The notes beneath the pieces were generated by a model, which worked only from the letters and a program-made list of their open reading frames with translations, was not told the DNA's origin and ran no database searches. This document shows positions 1 through 12,200 of a stretch of 64,000 nt of DNA, piece after piece. The stretch's first letter is position 1. Every line of letters begins with the position of its first letter. The stretch is taken from the NCBI RefSeq assembly GCF_028641065.1, contig NC_073384.1, positions 20,460,001 through 20,524,000 on the forward strand, in the 5' to 3' direction. The DNA comes from Leucoraja erinacea (taxonomy: Eukaryota). The position numbers and the translations under genes are program-made.

Positions 1-95
1 GACTGCAGCAATTCAAGAAGGCATCTCATCACCAACTCATGGGGCTGTTAGGGATGGGCAAGTAAATGCTGTGTATGGAGACTTCAACCCTTGAT
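1..95 (+). mobile_element. 3' end of an old CR1-like LINE (truncated by window start)
   Basis: cagcaattcaagaaggcatctcatcaccaac...tagggatgggcaagtaaatgctg tail; similar tails recur at about 2920-3120 and 9960-10100. Confidence 0.55.
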
Positions 96-861
96 GGAAG
101 ATCAAAATGTAAGCGGCATTTTGAACATTTCAGATCGAGACCCTGCATCAGGATGCTTATGTTAAGGTTGTGTTCCAGAGACAACCCAGCCAAGGGAAAT
201 ATCATCCCTACATCTCCCCTGTCAAGCCCTGCATGACGTTTGCATGTTTCAATGGAATTGCTTTCATTGTTTCTAACCATTTTTCTAGTCCGCTTAATGG
301 TTGAAGATAATTCAGGCCGAGCCTGCCTATTCCGGCAGGATCACCAATAGTATCTCCATGGTCAAGAAGGTCTAAACGCCTCTAACTCCACTGAGCTTCC
401 GCCTTCAAATTACATTTTGGAGTTTGCCCTCGCTGCCCTTCCAGCTTTGCTTTCTGCTAGATGCAGTCCGAACTTTTGGTTTTCTTCCATCTGTTTATTT
501 ATTTTTTGTCTGGTTGGGTTAGATTCGGCAGGCTGGGTGCCAAAACCAATAATACTGCGATTTCACATAATTTCCTGAAGATCTTATGGGAGTTGTTAAA
601 TCTCTATCTGATCAGAGGGAGAGTGATGTAGGCAACTCACTCAGGGTGAGACTTACGGCAGAATAAGCAACCAACCCTCCCTTTGACTCCCTTCAGCCTC
701 AAGAAAGCAGCCATCATAATCGAGGACCATTCACTCCATAGTCATTCCCTCCTCCCCTTTTCTGTTGGGCAGAATATAAAAAGGTTTGAAAACACGTATC
801 ACCAGAAGAACACCTTCTTCCCGATAGTTATCAGACTCTTGAACGTACCACTTATTTCAGT

Positions 862-1220
862 GTGTAGGAAGGAACTGCAGATGCTGGTTTAAACCGAAGA
901 TAGACACAACATGCTGGAGTAATTCAGCAGGAGAGGCATCATCTCTGAAGAGAAGGAATGGGTGACCTTTCTGGTCGAGACCCTTCTTCAGACCCATTGT
1001 CTCCAGAGGCACACAAAAATGCTGGAGAAACTCAGCGGGTGCAGCAGCATCTATGGAGCAAAGGAATCTTCGCTCCATAGATGCTGCTGCACTCGCTGAG
1101 TTTCTCCAGCATTTTTTTGTACCTTCGATTTTCCAGCATCTGCAATTCCTTCTTAAACACATAGTCTCCAGAGATTCTGCCTGTCCTGCTGAGTTACTCC
1201 AGAATTTTGTATGTATCTCA
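862..1220. mobile_element. Penelope-derived short foldback element, with a second-family foldback nested at about 1009-1159
   Basis: tgtaggaaggaactgcagatgctgg...gtcgagacccttcttcag arm; nested inverted arms at about 1011-1062/1069-1120; the nested insert is flanked by cattgtctccagag/catagtctccagag. Confidence 0.7.
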
Positions 1221-1780
1221 TTTCCTAAGGATGAATTCACGATCTTCCAATCTACCACCTTGATGCTCTTGCACTTTAAAAAAAATCTCCACTTTCTCTG
1301 TAGCTGTAGCACTGTATTTTGCACTATTTCCTAGCTCCCTTTGCACTGCCTGTTGTACTCATGTATCGTTTTATTGTACTCGTGTATGGTATGATTTCCC
1401 TGAATAGCATGCAAAAAAAAGTTTTTCTGTATTTCTGTATCAATAATAAAGCAATAACCATTCTCACTGCCTCCTCCTGAGATGCTCCTTTTCGAAGCAA
1501 TGGGCAGATAATGCAATACTGCAGCAAAGTCAAACCGACAAATAGTTAGTTTGTCAATAAGGCGGTCTTTTTTTTAATAAGATTGCTTTGAGATATAAAA
1601 AAGTCATAGTCATAGGAGGATACATTGTTGAAGGTGCATTGGGCTACTCCAATAGAACTTCTCACAGTCCTGACAACTACCACTCAATGTATATAAAATT
1701 ATAAAGCATTTGTAGAGTAGATAGTCTGAATCTTTTTTCCATGATCGGGATATTAAAAGCAAGATGGGATAGCTTTATGG

Positions 1781-2623
1781 TTAGTTTAGTTTAGTTTAGT
1801 TTAATTCAGAGATACTGCGCGGAAACAGGTCCTTCGGTCTACCGAGTCCACGCAGACCAACATTCCCCGCACATTAACACTATCTTACACACACTAGGAA
1901 CAGTTTACACATGCACCAAGCTAATTAATCTGCATACCTGCACGTCTTTGGCGTGTGGGAGGAAACTGAGGATCGCAGAGAAAACCCACACAAGACACAG
2001 GGAGAATGTACAAACTCTGCACCGACAGTGCCCGTAGTCGCAATCGAACCCGGTGTCTCCGGCGCTGCAAGCGCTGTAAAGGGCCTGTCCCACTTGGACG
2101 ACCTAATCCACGAGTTTAGAAGACCATAGACGAGTTGAAAAAAAAATCAAGGACGTGTTGACTCGCCAAAGTTAAAGATCTCCTACTACCTCCTACGACT
2201 ATGTCTACAATGTCTACGACCTCCTACGACCCCCCTCGATCTCAGTCTTCCACACCTAAGACCAACTACGACTAGCTACGAGTGGAAATGATCACATGAT
2301 AAAATGATGTCATGTTTGCATTTTTTTTCTCGGGCCAGTTACCGACCCACGACTATCTACGACACCCTACGACATCACGACCTACCTACGAGTAAAAAGT
2401 ATAAATTTTTTATCAGGCTGGAAAAAACTTTGCGACCTACTTGAGGCCACGAGTATGCGGCGACCACTCACGAGCATGAGGAAGAGTTACGAAGACCTCC
2501 TACGACCTCGTGGCAACCATGCTGCGAGTATGAGTCAAGGGCAAACTCGGCAGAGGTCGCCAATTAGGTCGTGAAAGTGGGACAGGGGCTTTAGGCAGCA
2601 ACTCTACCGCTGTGCCACCGTGC
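1781..2623 (-). mobile_element. HE1-like tRNA-derived V-SINE, interrupted by a Harbinger MITE
   Basis: (TTTAG)n tail at 1781-1803; reverse-complement tRNA-like head (gcacggtggcacagcggtagagttgctgcc) at about 2594-2623. Confidence 0.85.
2080..2590. mobile_element. Non-autonomous PIF/Harbinger MITE (511 bp)
   Basis: TIRs AGGGCCTGTCCCACTT / AAGTGGGACAGGGGCT; flanks TAA (2077-2079) and TTA (2591-2593); removing the element restores the SINE sequence gcgctgtaaggcagc; many internal TACGAC motifs. Confidence 0.8.
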
Positions 2624-3619
2624 GCCCTAGAAAAATGAGTTTTAAAGGGAACAAGAGAGGTACGTTTTTTACTCAGGGTGTGGTTGATATCTGGAACATG
2701 CTGCCAGAGGAGGCGCTATAATTAGATGCACACTATGTTTGAGAGGTATTTAGGCAAGCACTTGAATAGGCTAGGCAAAGGATATGGACCAAATATGGGC
2801 AAATGGGATTAGTGTAGATGAGCAAAAAGATCAGCACGGATGTGTCTGTGCTGTACAACCTTATGGCTGTATGAGTTATGGAAGGACAAAGGCGACAGGA
2901 ATATATAGGAACACCACACCTGCAAGGAACACACCATCCTGGCTGGAAAATATATAATCGGTCCTTCATTATAACTGCTTCCTTATCCTAAATGTCCCTC
3001 GTCAATAGCATTGAACAAGCACCTTCACTAAAAGGACCACAGCTGGTCAAGAAGGTACCCCACCACCACCTTCTAAGAGGCAGCTAGTGACGGGCAGTAA
3101 TTCCTGGTCCAGATCCTGTAAAATGAAATTAAAAGTAATCAGAGTTCATCTGGAGGTTGTTGTTGGTCCGTGTCGGAACTGACCCATGCGTTGCTCTGGT
3201 CAGACACTCAAATGAACAGCTCTATTGGGTCTGAGGAGGGTGGAAGTTGAGTAACAAGGCAGCTGTGAGTTGATGTTAAGAGGAAATGCTCCCGCTGACT
3301 CTGTTGCTTTCTTTGGAATGGAGGAAGTTTGATTTGGCTGCAGCCCTGTTTTTCAGAATTAGGAAGGAGGCTTGTAGCACAGATCCAGAACAAACTCTTC
3401 ACTATGTCAAAGTGGTTCAAATCCCGGCGGGGCTCAACTATGGAAGGGCAGAGTAGGGACCCATGTGGGTTTGAATTCTATTACGCAGGCCGATGTGTGA
3501 ATAAATTATGAGCCAGAGTCGGACGTTGAACCAATAGGTTTGGGAAGGGATGGCTGGGTTTCTGATAGGAATGAGGTGATGGTGTGGAAGGTCTGGATTA
3601 ACTGCAAGTTGTTCTGGTC

Positions 3620-3960
3620 ACTGGAGTACAGGAAGGCTGTGGAGGCCGAGTCAGTGAATATTTTTAAGGCAGAAGTAGTTAGATTCTTGATTAGTCCAGG
3701 TGTCAGGGGTTATGGGGAGAAGGCAGGAGAGTGGGATTGTGCACATCCCCAAAGCCTTTCCACTCATCACTTTAACTTCATGTTTCATGTATTTTGTGTT
3801 TTTTTATGACTGTTGGCAGATTAATTTCCCTTCTGGGATAAATAAAGTTATTTCGTATCGTATCGTATCGTAAGAGGGAAAGATTGGTCAGCTGTGATTG
3901 AATGGCGGTGTAGACTTGATGGGCCGAATGTCCAAATTGTGCTCTTCTCACTTATGACCA
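3620..3960 (+). mobile_element. CR1/HER1 3' end with an inserted Rex1/Babar-type tail
   Basis: ggctgtggaggccgagtcagtgaatatttttaaggcaga...tatggggagaaggcaggaga; inserted tail ends gggataaataaagtt(atcgt)n. Confidence 0.65.
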
Positions 3961-4418
3961 TGAACTCATGGAAGGAACTGATGGCATTCGAGAAACTTTG
4001 CTAAAATGGATCCAGCAGAAGATTAAGATCTATGAGGAAAGACTGCCTGTGCGGCGGTTCTTTTCTCAAGAATATAAAGACTGCGTGGAGTCTCAATTGG
4101 TGCATTAAGTTTTGAAAGGACAGAGTAGAGTGGATATTAAGCATAGTAAGGACCTTTTGCCCTCAGCTCAAAAACCAGGAGCTATTGAGTTTAGCTGGAG
4201 CTGTAGAGGGTTGTGGGGCTCGGGAACTTACCTCAGTGGAGGAAGGAGAAAAACCCTACAGTATATTTAACATGGAATTGGACAATCAGTTCATTCACAG
4301 GGACCCACAGGGGCAGCAGACTGATAGCTGGGTGGGGGTAATCATTATTAACATGGCTTTTTTTATGGGCAGAATAGACATAATGGACTGGGTGTGTGGT
4401 ATCCTTCCTCAAACCTTC

Positions 4419-4609
4419 ACGCATTTTTTAACATATTGAAAAAACCGCCGCGACCTGGCTGAGGCCTCGAGTATGGCGGAGACCACTCACGAGCATGAAG
4501 GAGAGTTACGAAGACCTCCTATGACCTCGCGTCGACCATGCTGCGAGTATGAGTCGAGGGCAAACTCGCCAGAACTCGGGGATTAGGTCGCCCAAGTGGG
4601 ACAGGCCCT
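4419..4609. mobile_element. 5'-truncated copy of the same Harbinger MITE family
   Basis: Similar to 2400-2590; ends AAGTGGGACAGGCCCT followed by TTA. Confidence 0.8.
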
Positions 4610-5177
4610 TTAGTTAATACTGATGAAAGAGTTGCACTTGGTTACAGGATTTCCCTGTTCCCAAACAAAATTCATGTAAAAGTGCACAGCATGTGTCATA
4701 GCACGAGATATTATAATTTGTCATTGACATTAGGCTATGCAAAGATATGGTGTTGTGCTGGTCACACATCTGAGGGCTATGTGCAGAGTTCTCTGCTCTA
4801 TTGTTCTCCAGATCCAGTTGGACCTGACGGGCCAATGTCTGAAGACAGCCTGCCCCGCTGAGTTACTCCAGCATTTTGTGTCTGTCTTCGGGCCATTTAT
4901 CGTTTTCTTTTCTGTGCTAGAATGATTCTAGCATTGTATTGATTAAATATTGTCAGATTAAATCATTGATAAGGGTTTGGTGATGGAGAAAGTGCCCATT
5001 TTACTTGACACGTTGATTTGGTAATTATGTCAATCCATTTTTGTAATCACACATTGTAAAAAAACTGAAAATTATATATTGGTATTGGTATTGGTTTCTT
5101 TTTGTCGCGTGTACCGAGATACAGTGAAAACCCTATGTAACTCTAATCCTAGCTCGGCAACAGAATATTATGGATCC

Positions 5178-5499
5178 GGCAGCACGGTGGCACAGCGATA
5201 GAGTTGCTGCCTTACATAGCCAGAGACCCGGGTTAGATCCTGTCTACGAGTGCTGTCTGTATTGAATTTGTACATTCTCCCAATGACCAGCATGGGTATT
5301 CTCCGGATGTTCCAGTTTTCCCCCACACTCCATAGACGTACAAGTTTGTTGGCTAATTGGATTGGTATCATTGGAAATTGTCCCTCGTGTGTGCAGGGTA
5401 ATGTTACAGTGCAGGGATCGCTGGTCCGCATGGACTTGGTGGGCCGAAGCCGCTATTTCCGCTCTGTATCTATCTCTAAACTAAACTAAACTAAACTAA
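5178..5499 (+). mobile_element. HE1-like V-SINE
   Basis: A-box-like ggtggcacagcgatag, B-box-like gggttagatcct, (aaact)n tail. Confidence 0.85.
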
Positions 5500-5589
5500 A
5501 ATGAACCTTGTTTGTTTTTTTGCATAGTAATTTTGTTTTTCACCTAAAATAATTTTTGTATACTTTATGTCTTTGGGTGTTGGTTTTGA

Positions 5590-6150
5590 TATTGGTTTAT
5601 TATTATCATGCGTATGGTAATACAGTGAAAAGTTTTGTTCTTGTGTGATATCCAGTCAAATTATTCTTTACACGAGTACAATCAAGCCTTACGTAACTAT
5701 AACAGGTAATGCACAGAGAAAAATCCCAGAGTGCAGAATATAGTGTTACAACATTATAGTGTTACGGTTATGGATAATTGGACATTTTTTAATTTGCAAG
5801 TGTTGCACTGAGTAGGTTGGGAGATTGGAATTTTATGAGGGGTCCATTCAATAGTCAGATAACAGTGGGGAAGAATCTTTTCCTGAATCTGGTGGTATGT
5901 GTTTTCGTTTTCATATCTTCTGCTTGATGGGAGAGGGGAGGAGAAGTAATGACTCGGGTGTAAATAGTCCATGATCATATTGGGTGCTTTCCTGAGGCAA
6001 TGTGGACGGAGTCGATGTTGGTGAGGTTTGTTTGCGTGATGGACTGGGCTACATCCATACCTCTCTGCGGTTTCTTGCAGTCTTGAGCAGAGCTGTTACT
6101 AAACCAAGCTGCGATGCATCACAATAGAGTGCTTTCCACGGTGCATCTAG
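5590..6150 (-). mobile_element. Rex1/Babar LINE 3' fragment
   Basis: Reverse complement of the catcaaggac...cacccc...ccatcgggcagaag...accaccagattcagga 3' region that recurs across the window. Confidence 0.6.
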
Positions 6151-6688
6151 TTGTTTTTGAAGTGAACACTCTAGCAGCGATGTTCAGGTCAAATCACGAA
6201 ACTCAACCCGGAAAATCTGACTGCGTAGTGTTGGTTGGACTTCTTCACAGGGCATGAGGTGGTGTTGGGAGGGAGATTTGCTAGCATTTCTATGAAGGGC
6301 TTGTTTCTGTGTTGCAGGACTGTATCACTCTAGTAATTAAAGATTTACAGTAAACAGCACCATGCACAACCCTATCATGTCCTTAAGGTTAAAATCAAGG
6401 GTTAGGATTTTTTTTAGATTGAGATGAGAAGAAACTGCTTCACTCAGGGGATGGTGAATCTTTGGAATTTTTTGGAGGCCTGTGGAGACTCAGGCATTGA
6501 GTTTATTCAATGATGGGATTCTGTATATTAAGGAAACTAAGGGACATTGGGAAAATGAGCTGAGGTCGAGGATCAGCTGTAAACGGGTTGAATAATGGAG
6601 CATACTTGAGAGGCTAAATCGCCTTCTCGTGCCCCTGTTCCTTATCGTCAAAGCCCTTTACAGCTGAGGAAGTGCTTTAGAGTATAGA

Positions 6689-6985
6689 GTTTAGACATAC
6701 AGTGTGGTAACAGGCCCTTTGACCCACCGAGTCCGTGCCGACCAGCAATCCCCGCACACGAACACTATCCGACACACAGTAGGGACACTTTACAATTTTA
6801 CTAAGCCAATTAGCCTACAAACCGGCATGTCTTTTGAATGTGGGTGGAAACCAGAGTTCACGGAGAAAATCCACACATGTCATGGGGAGAATGTACAAAC
6901 TCAGCTCAGACAGTATCCGTAGTCAGGATCGAGGCCGGGTCTCTGACGCTACAAGGCCGCAACTCTACCCGCTGCGCCACCGTGC
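6689..6985 (-). mobile_element. HE1-like V-SINE
   Basis: Similar to the other copies; head ggcacggtggcgcagcgggtagagttg on the minus strand. Confidence 0.85.
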
Positions 6986-7869
6986 CACTTATTGAAGCAT
7001 GGTACTGTGGTAGTGTGGAAACCACGGCAGTCTTTAATGCACAGCAAGCACTCACACAGACATAAATAACGATTCTGATAATGGTTAAGAGATTAACATT
7101 GATGCGGATGCTCGAATAATTGCTTTGCTTTTGCTGGAATCGTTCAGGTTTGTCTGAGGGAGTGCACGATTTAACACCACATCCCAAAGACATGAACTAA
7201 GGTCATAACATGGTAAGTGATAGGAGTAAAATTAGGCCATTCAGCCCATCAAGACTACTTCGCCATTCAATCTGTCTCTCCCTCCTAACCCCATTCTCCT
7301 GCCTTCTCCCCATAACCTCTGACACCTGTACTAATCAAAAATTTATCTATCTCTGCCTTAAAAATATCCACTGACTTGGCCTCTGCAGCCTTCTGTGACA
7401 CTGTGAGTTTGCAGAACTCCCTCAGGGGTGTACCGTAGGGCTAGTCTGGATTTTGTACCAAATTTTCCAGAATTGGACTAGAATTCACAGCTGGCAATGC
7501 AATGAGTTGAGAATGGTTGGAAGTAGACTTTGCTCAGTAAATTGTGGGTGGCCCTGATTTCGATAGAATCCATATCGCGTTTCCAGCAGTGTGTTCCATA
7601 ATGAGTAATCAAAAGTGAAAAATAATGTGTAGGAGACTTGAGTTTCAGCTTTTTCATTTGTAGTATTGTTAACAATGGGCGATGGTTTCACACCCAAGAA
7701 GTCAAGCAAGCCAGAGTATGACCATCGTGTAAGAGACAGGTCTGTGCATGACTCTTTGTGCAAACTAATTTGTCAATGGGAGATCCCCAAAGCCAACGGA
7801 GTGACAACACTTAAAGGCAAATTATTTCATCAGTATGAACGTGAAACAATTGCATAAAGAGGATGGCGG

Positions 7870-10100
7870 TGGAATTTGGAGTCCCAGGAGTCACTGCTGG
7901 AGGACTTCAGAGCAGTATCCTTGGTTTAGCTGTCATTGGCTATTTCAGCAACAACCTTTCTTCCATCGCAGCGACAGACATGGGGATTTGCTGATGATTG
8001 TATGATGTTCAGCAAATGCCAGCATGTAGCAAGACCATGACAACATTCAGGTGTAGGCTGACAAATGACAAATCATTTTCAGGACACTAAACTCCCAGGC
8101 AATGACCATCGGAACTGGATAGCATGTGACAAAAGCTTTACACTGTACCTCGGTACACTGTACACATGACAATAAGCTAAACTAAACTGAACTAAATCAA
8201 TTCTAACTTACCCTTAACATTCAATGGCATCACTATTGCCAAGTCCCCCACCATCAATATCCTGGGGGTCACCACCAACCAGGTACTCATTTAGACCGAA
8301 GATAGACAAAAAATGCTGGAGTAACTCAGCGGGTCAGGCAGCATCTCTGTACAGCAGGTATCTACCTTCTTTCCAAATACTCTGCCTGTCCCGCTGAGTT
8401 TCTCCAGCATTTTGTTTATATTTCCGGTGTAAATGAGCATCTGCAGTTCCTTCCTACACATTTAGACCAGTTCTTGTAGTCATGGTATTTATTAGTCATA
8501 AATACCTTGACTATATGAGCAGGTCAGAAGCTGGATATTCTGCATTGAGTTACCCGTCTCCTGAACCTGAGCCCTTTCCACCATGTACAAGGCTCAAGAC
8601 AGGAAGGTGATGGAACACGTTCCTCGTCCCTGGACAACCACAGCTCCTACAACTCTCATGAATCTTGACACCATCCTGGACAAACCACCCTGGCTAATTG
8701 GCACCCCATCGAACACCCTACACCTTCATTACCTCCACTAGTCAAGCCCCAAGTTGGGTTGATTGTCATGTGCACAAGTACAATGAGGTACAGGCACAAT
8801 GAAAATCTTGTTTGCTGCAGCCTCAGGTACATACACACTATAATGCTGCAATTCTACATTCTTGTATTTTTCTCTTTCTCTTGGCACTAACTGTTGTACT
8901 TGCGTATAGCTTGATTGTCCTCATGTCTAGTATAATATGACTGGATAGCACACAAAACAAAGCTTTTCACTGTATTACAGTACACATGACAATTATAAAC
9001 CAACACCCAACAACATAAATTATACATCAATTATATTAGACAGTGAAGATAAAAATACTTTTACGAATAAAAACACGGTCTATAATGTTGTGTTGCTGAG
9101 CTATGATTCAAGTTATGCAGGTTGATTCAAAGGCCTGATAATTGTTGGAAAGTAGCTGTGATGTTGATTTTCAGCCTCCTGTACCTCCTGACCAACTGTA
9201 GCAACAAGCTGAGGGCCTTACCCGAATGGTGAGGATCTTGATGATAGATGCTGCCTTCTTGAGGCAGCACCTCATGTAGATGCTTTTGATGGTGGGGAAG
9301 GCTGTGCCCATGATGGACTGGGCTGTCCACCACTCTTGGCAGCCTCTTGCGTTCCTGTGCGTTGGAATTGCTGCACCAGGCCATGATGCAACCAACCCCA
9401 ACTACTGGTTGGGCGACATGGTGGCGCAGCGGTAAAGTTGCTGCCTTACACCACTTACATTGCCGGAGACCCTGGCTCGATCCGGACTACGTGCGCTGCC
9501 TGTACGGAGTTTGTACGTTTTCCCCGTGACCGCGTGGGTTTTCTCCGAGACCTTCGGTTTCCTCCCGCACTCCAAAGATATACAGGTATGTAGGTAAATT
9601 GGCTTTGTAAATGTAAAAATTGTCCCTAGTGTGTGTAGGATAGTACTGCGGGGATCGCTGGTCGGCTTGGACCTGGTGGGCCGAAGGGCCTGTTTTCGCG
9701 CTGTATCTCTAAACTAAACTAAACTACTGGTTCACAGTTACAGCAGTTGGAACCGTCCACTGCAGTCATTCATCCAGATTAGTCTCAACAACATCACCAC
9801 CTGCAGGTTCCCCTCCAAATCAGATACCATCCTGACTTGGAAATCAGCTGCCAGTCCATCGTTGTCACGGGATCTGAATAATGTCATAGAGAGATGCAGG
9901 ATCAAGTCTCAGGCCATCGAGATGCGCTGATCACCAGCCATCTTGGAACGTCCTCCACAACAGTACTGCAGGAACACCTCCATCAGAAAGATTGCAGCAG
10001 TTCAAGAGGACTGTTCACCATCGGCTCAAAGGCATTTAGGGATAAGCAATAAATACTGGCCTGCCAGCAATGCCCAGATACTGGAAAATGATTGAAAATA
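7870..10100 (+). mobile_element. Old CR1-like LINE fragmented by younger insertions (Penelope-derived 8292-8460, Rex1-like minus 8760-9400, SINE 9411-9725)
   Basis: RT-like remnants (tttgctgatgat, caacattcaggtgtaggctgacaaatg, atcctgggggtcacca); 3' tail at 9960-10100. Confidence 0.5.
9411..9725 (+). mobile_element. HE1-like V-SINE
   Basis: tRNA-like head, central V-domain-like region, (aaact)n tail. Confidence 0.85.
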
Positions 10101-11542
10101 AACTAGCGGGGGGCTGGGAAAGGAAACTGAAGCTGGTGAAAGTTAAACTGGAGGAGAATATCCCTGATCTGTGCAACTTTAGCCATTTGGAGGATGTGGG
10201 TATTGAACGAATAGTTGGCTATTAATAGCACTGCTAATCTTAGAGTACTCTCATAAAAAAAAGTAACAAGCGGAAAAATAATACCTTGTGGTCTCATGTT
10301 AGTGAGGAAGCACAGAGGGAACCAAACGGAGACAGGGGTTGGCATTGATGAATTGAAAGCCAGTTTGGACCTAAAAGATCTCATCTTTGCTGGGAAAATT
10401 AATGGGAGAGAGCGTACGGGGGGGTGAGAGCGGAGGCGGTGTATATTTGAGCCTTGGCTTATATTTGCTGGTCACAGAGTGTGTGTTGCACTGTTTGCTG
10501 GTTATCAGTAAACACTGTTCACTCTGTGCTTTTCTGAAACAAGCGTTGGGGTTTAAAAAGCAGGAGCCAGTGCCTTCTCTCTCACTGTTTGTGACGGCGC
10601 AGTACCAGGAGCTTAGCCCTCATAGATATTACCCGGCAGGAGCTGTGACATTTTTCCGTAGTGATGTAAAATGAATGATCACTGGTTTTAAACTCCCTTT
10701 TTCCAAGGCATCGGTGAGGGGAGGAGAGAGCGTCTGACGGGTTGCAGATACAGAATCGCTTGAGGTCAAAAGGCAAAACGACCTTGTTGCACTTTGCCTT
10801 CCATCCATGCTATTATGCGGCCTGATGTGTCCAGTTAATGATGCCGTGTCACCCCTTCATTGACCCAGGTTCAACCCTGACCTCCGGTTGTGTCTGGTAG
10901 GTTAACTGGATATTGTAAATTATAGATAAGTGATTAAAGATGTCAATGAGGAATTGATGGGAAAATGAGAAACACTGTAAGCTGGGGAAATACGGAGAAG
11001 TAAATGAGACAATTAAAGTAATTAAAATACATTTGGACAGGTACATAGATAGGAAAGTTCAGATGGAGATGGGTCAAACATGGGCAAATGGGACTAGCAT
11101 GGAGGGGCATGTTGGTTGGCATGGGCAAGTTGGGCTGAAGGGCATGTTGCTGTCATGCATTGCTTTATGACTCTGACTCCAAGATTGATGAGTTGCTCTT
11201 TTGGTGATTGGCACGAACTGGACGGGTTCTATAATCCCCTCGTCCTCAGTGTCAGGGAGGGGATTATAGAAAGACACAACATCATGGAAACGGGCCTTTC
11301 GGCCCACTGAGTCTGTGCTGCCCATCAAACACCCATTTACACTGTCAAGTCTTGTCGAGTTTATTGTCGAGTACTGTGAGGTCCAGGTACAATGAAAGTC
11401 TTGCTTGCAGTAACATCGCAGGTACACAAACAACATGCAGCATATAAATTGTACATAAATTATTTACTAAACCTTCTTTCCATACTTTTATGTTCTCCTC
11501 ACTCTCCCACCAATTTCCCCCAAAATACTACCATTCACCGGG

Positions 11543-11640
11543 CTGAAGAAGGGTTTCGACCCGATACATCACCTATTCCTTGTCTCCAGAGGTGCTGGCT
11601 GACGTGCTGAGTTACTCAACATTTTGTGTCTATATCTTCG
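11543..11640 (+). mobile_element. Penelope-derived short element starting at a degenerate hammerhead-like core
   Basis: ctgaagaagggtttcgacccgatacatcacc...gctgagttactc. Confidence 0.65.
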
Positions 11641-11675
11641 GGAAAAAAATGTTTGCCGACTAAAACAGATTAGGT

Positions 11676-11790
11676 CCCCACTAAATCTTTAAAATCCACG
11701 CCCCCTAGTTTTATCTTCCTCCGATACGAGGATAGGTTTCCTGCTCCTCTCTCCCAGGTAATGTCCTGGAGAATCTCCCCTGCCAGCTCT
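11676..11790 (+). repeat. Local templated copy of 12720-12843
   Basis: About 120 bp near-identical duplicate; flanked by the direct repeat acagattaggt (11665-11675, 11791-11801). Confidence 0.85.
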
Positions 11791-11984
11791 ACAGATTAGG
11801 TGGAGATTGATATCTGAAAGAAACTCGATTCATTAAAAATCAGAATGATCAAGTGATGCCAATAACAAGATGAACTGACTGCCGAGCAAGAGATTATAGA
11901 TTGTAAATCATCAGTGTAGACCCCATGAACCAAACGGCTTCTGTGATTCCATGTCTGAGCTGAAGAGAGGGGCCAAGTGCAGCA

Positions 11985-12200
11985 CAGTTGCTCTCATTTT
12001 GTGGAAACAAGGAACTGCATATGCTGCTTTACCACAAAAGGATACAACGTGCTGAAGTGACTCAGCGGGCCAGTCAGGGAGGACATGATAGGTTCCAACA
12101 TGAAGAAGGGACCCGACCTGAAATGTCACCTATCAATGTTCTGAAATGCTGCCTGACTCTTCACTCTCTGAATAACTCCAGCACTCTGTGTCCTTTTTAG
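11985..12200. mobile_element. Degenerate Penelope-derived foldback element
   Basis: gaaacaaggaactgcatatgctg...atgaagaagggacccgacctgaaatgtcacc...actccagcactctgtgtcct. Confidence 0.6.

Noticed and set aside
314-540. Short inverted match ccgagcctgcc / ggcaggctggg as MITE ends
   Set aside because: Only about 10 bp, no TSD and no second copy; compatible with chance.
857-1334. Overlapping 155-aa and 93-aa ORFs
   Set aside because: They are read-through of palindromic Penelope-derived repeats; the same peptides recur at 39040-39368.
2170-2530. TACGAC repeats as a CRISPR array or iterons
   Set aside because: The motifs are 5-9 bp, irregularly spaced, inside a TIR-bounded MITE in vertebrate DNA, and no cas genes are present.
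5178-5250. tRNA genes at SINE heads (here and at other copies)
   Set aside because: A/B-box-like heads continue into the SINE body and tail; there is no complete cloverleaf or acceptor stem.
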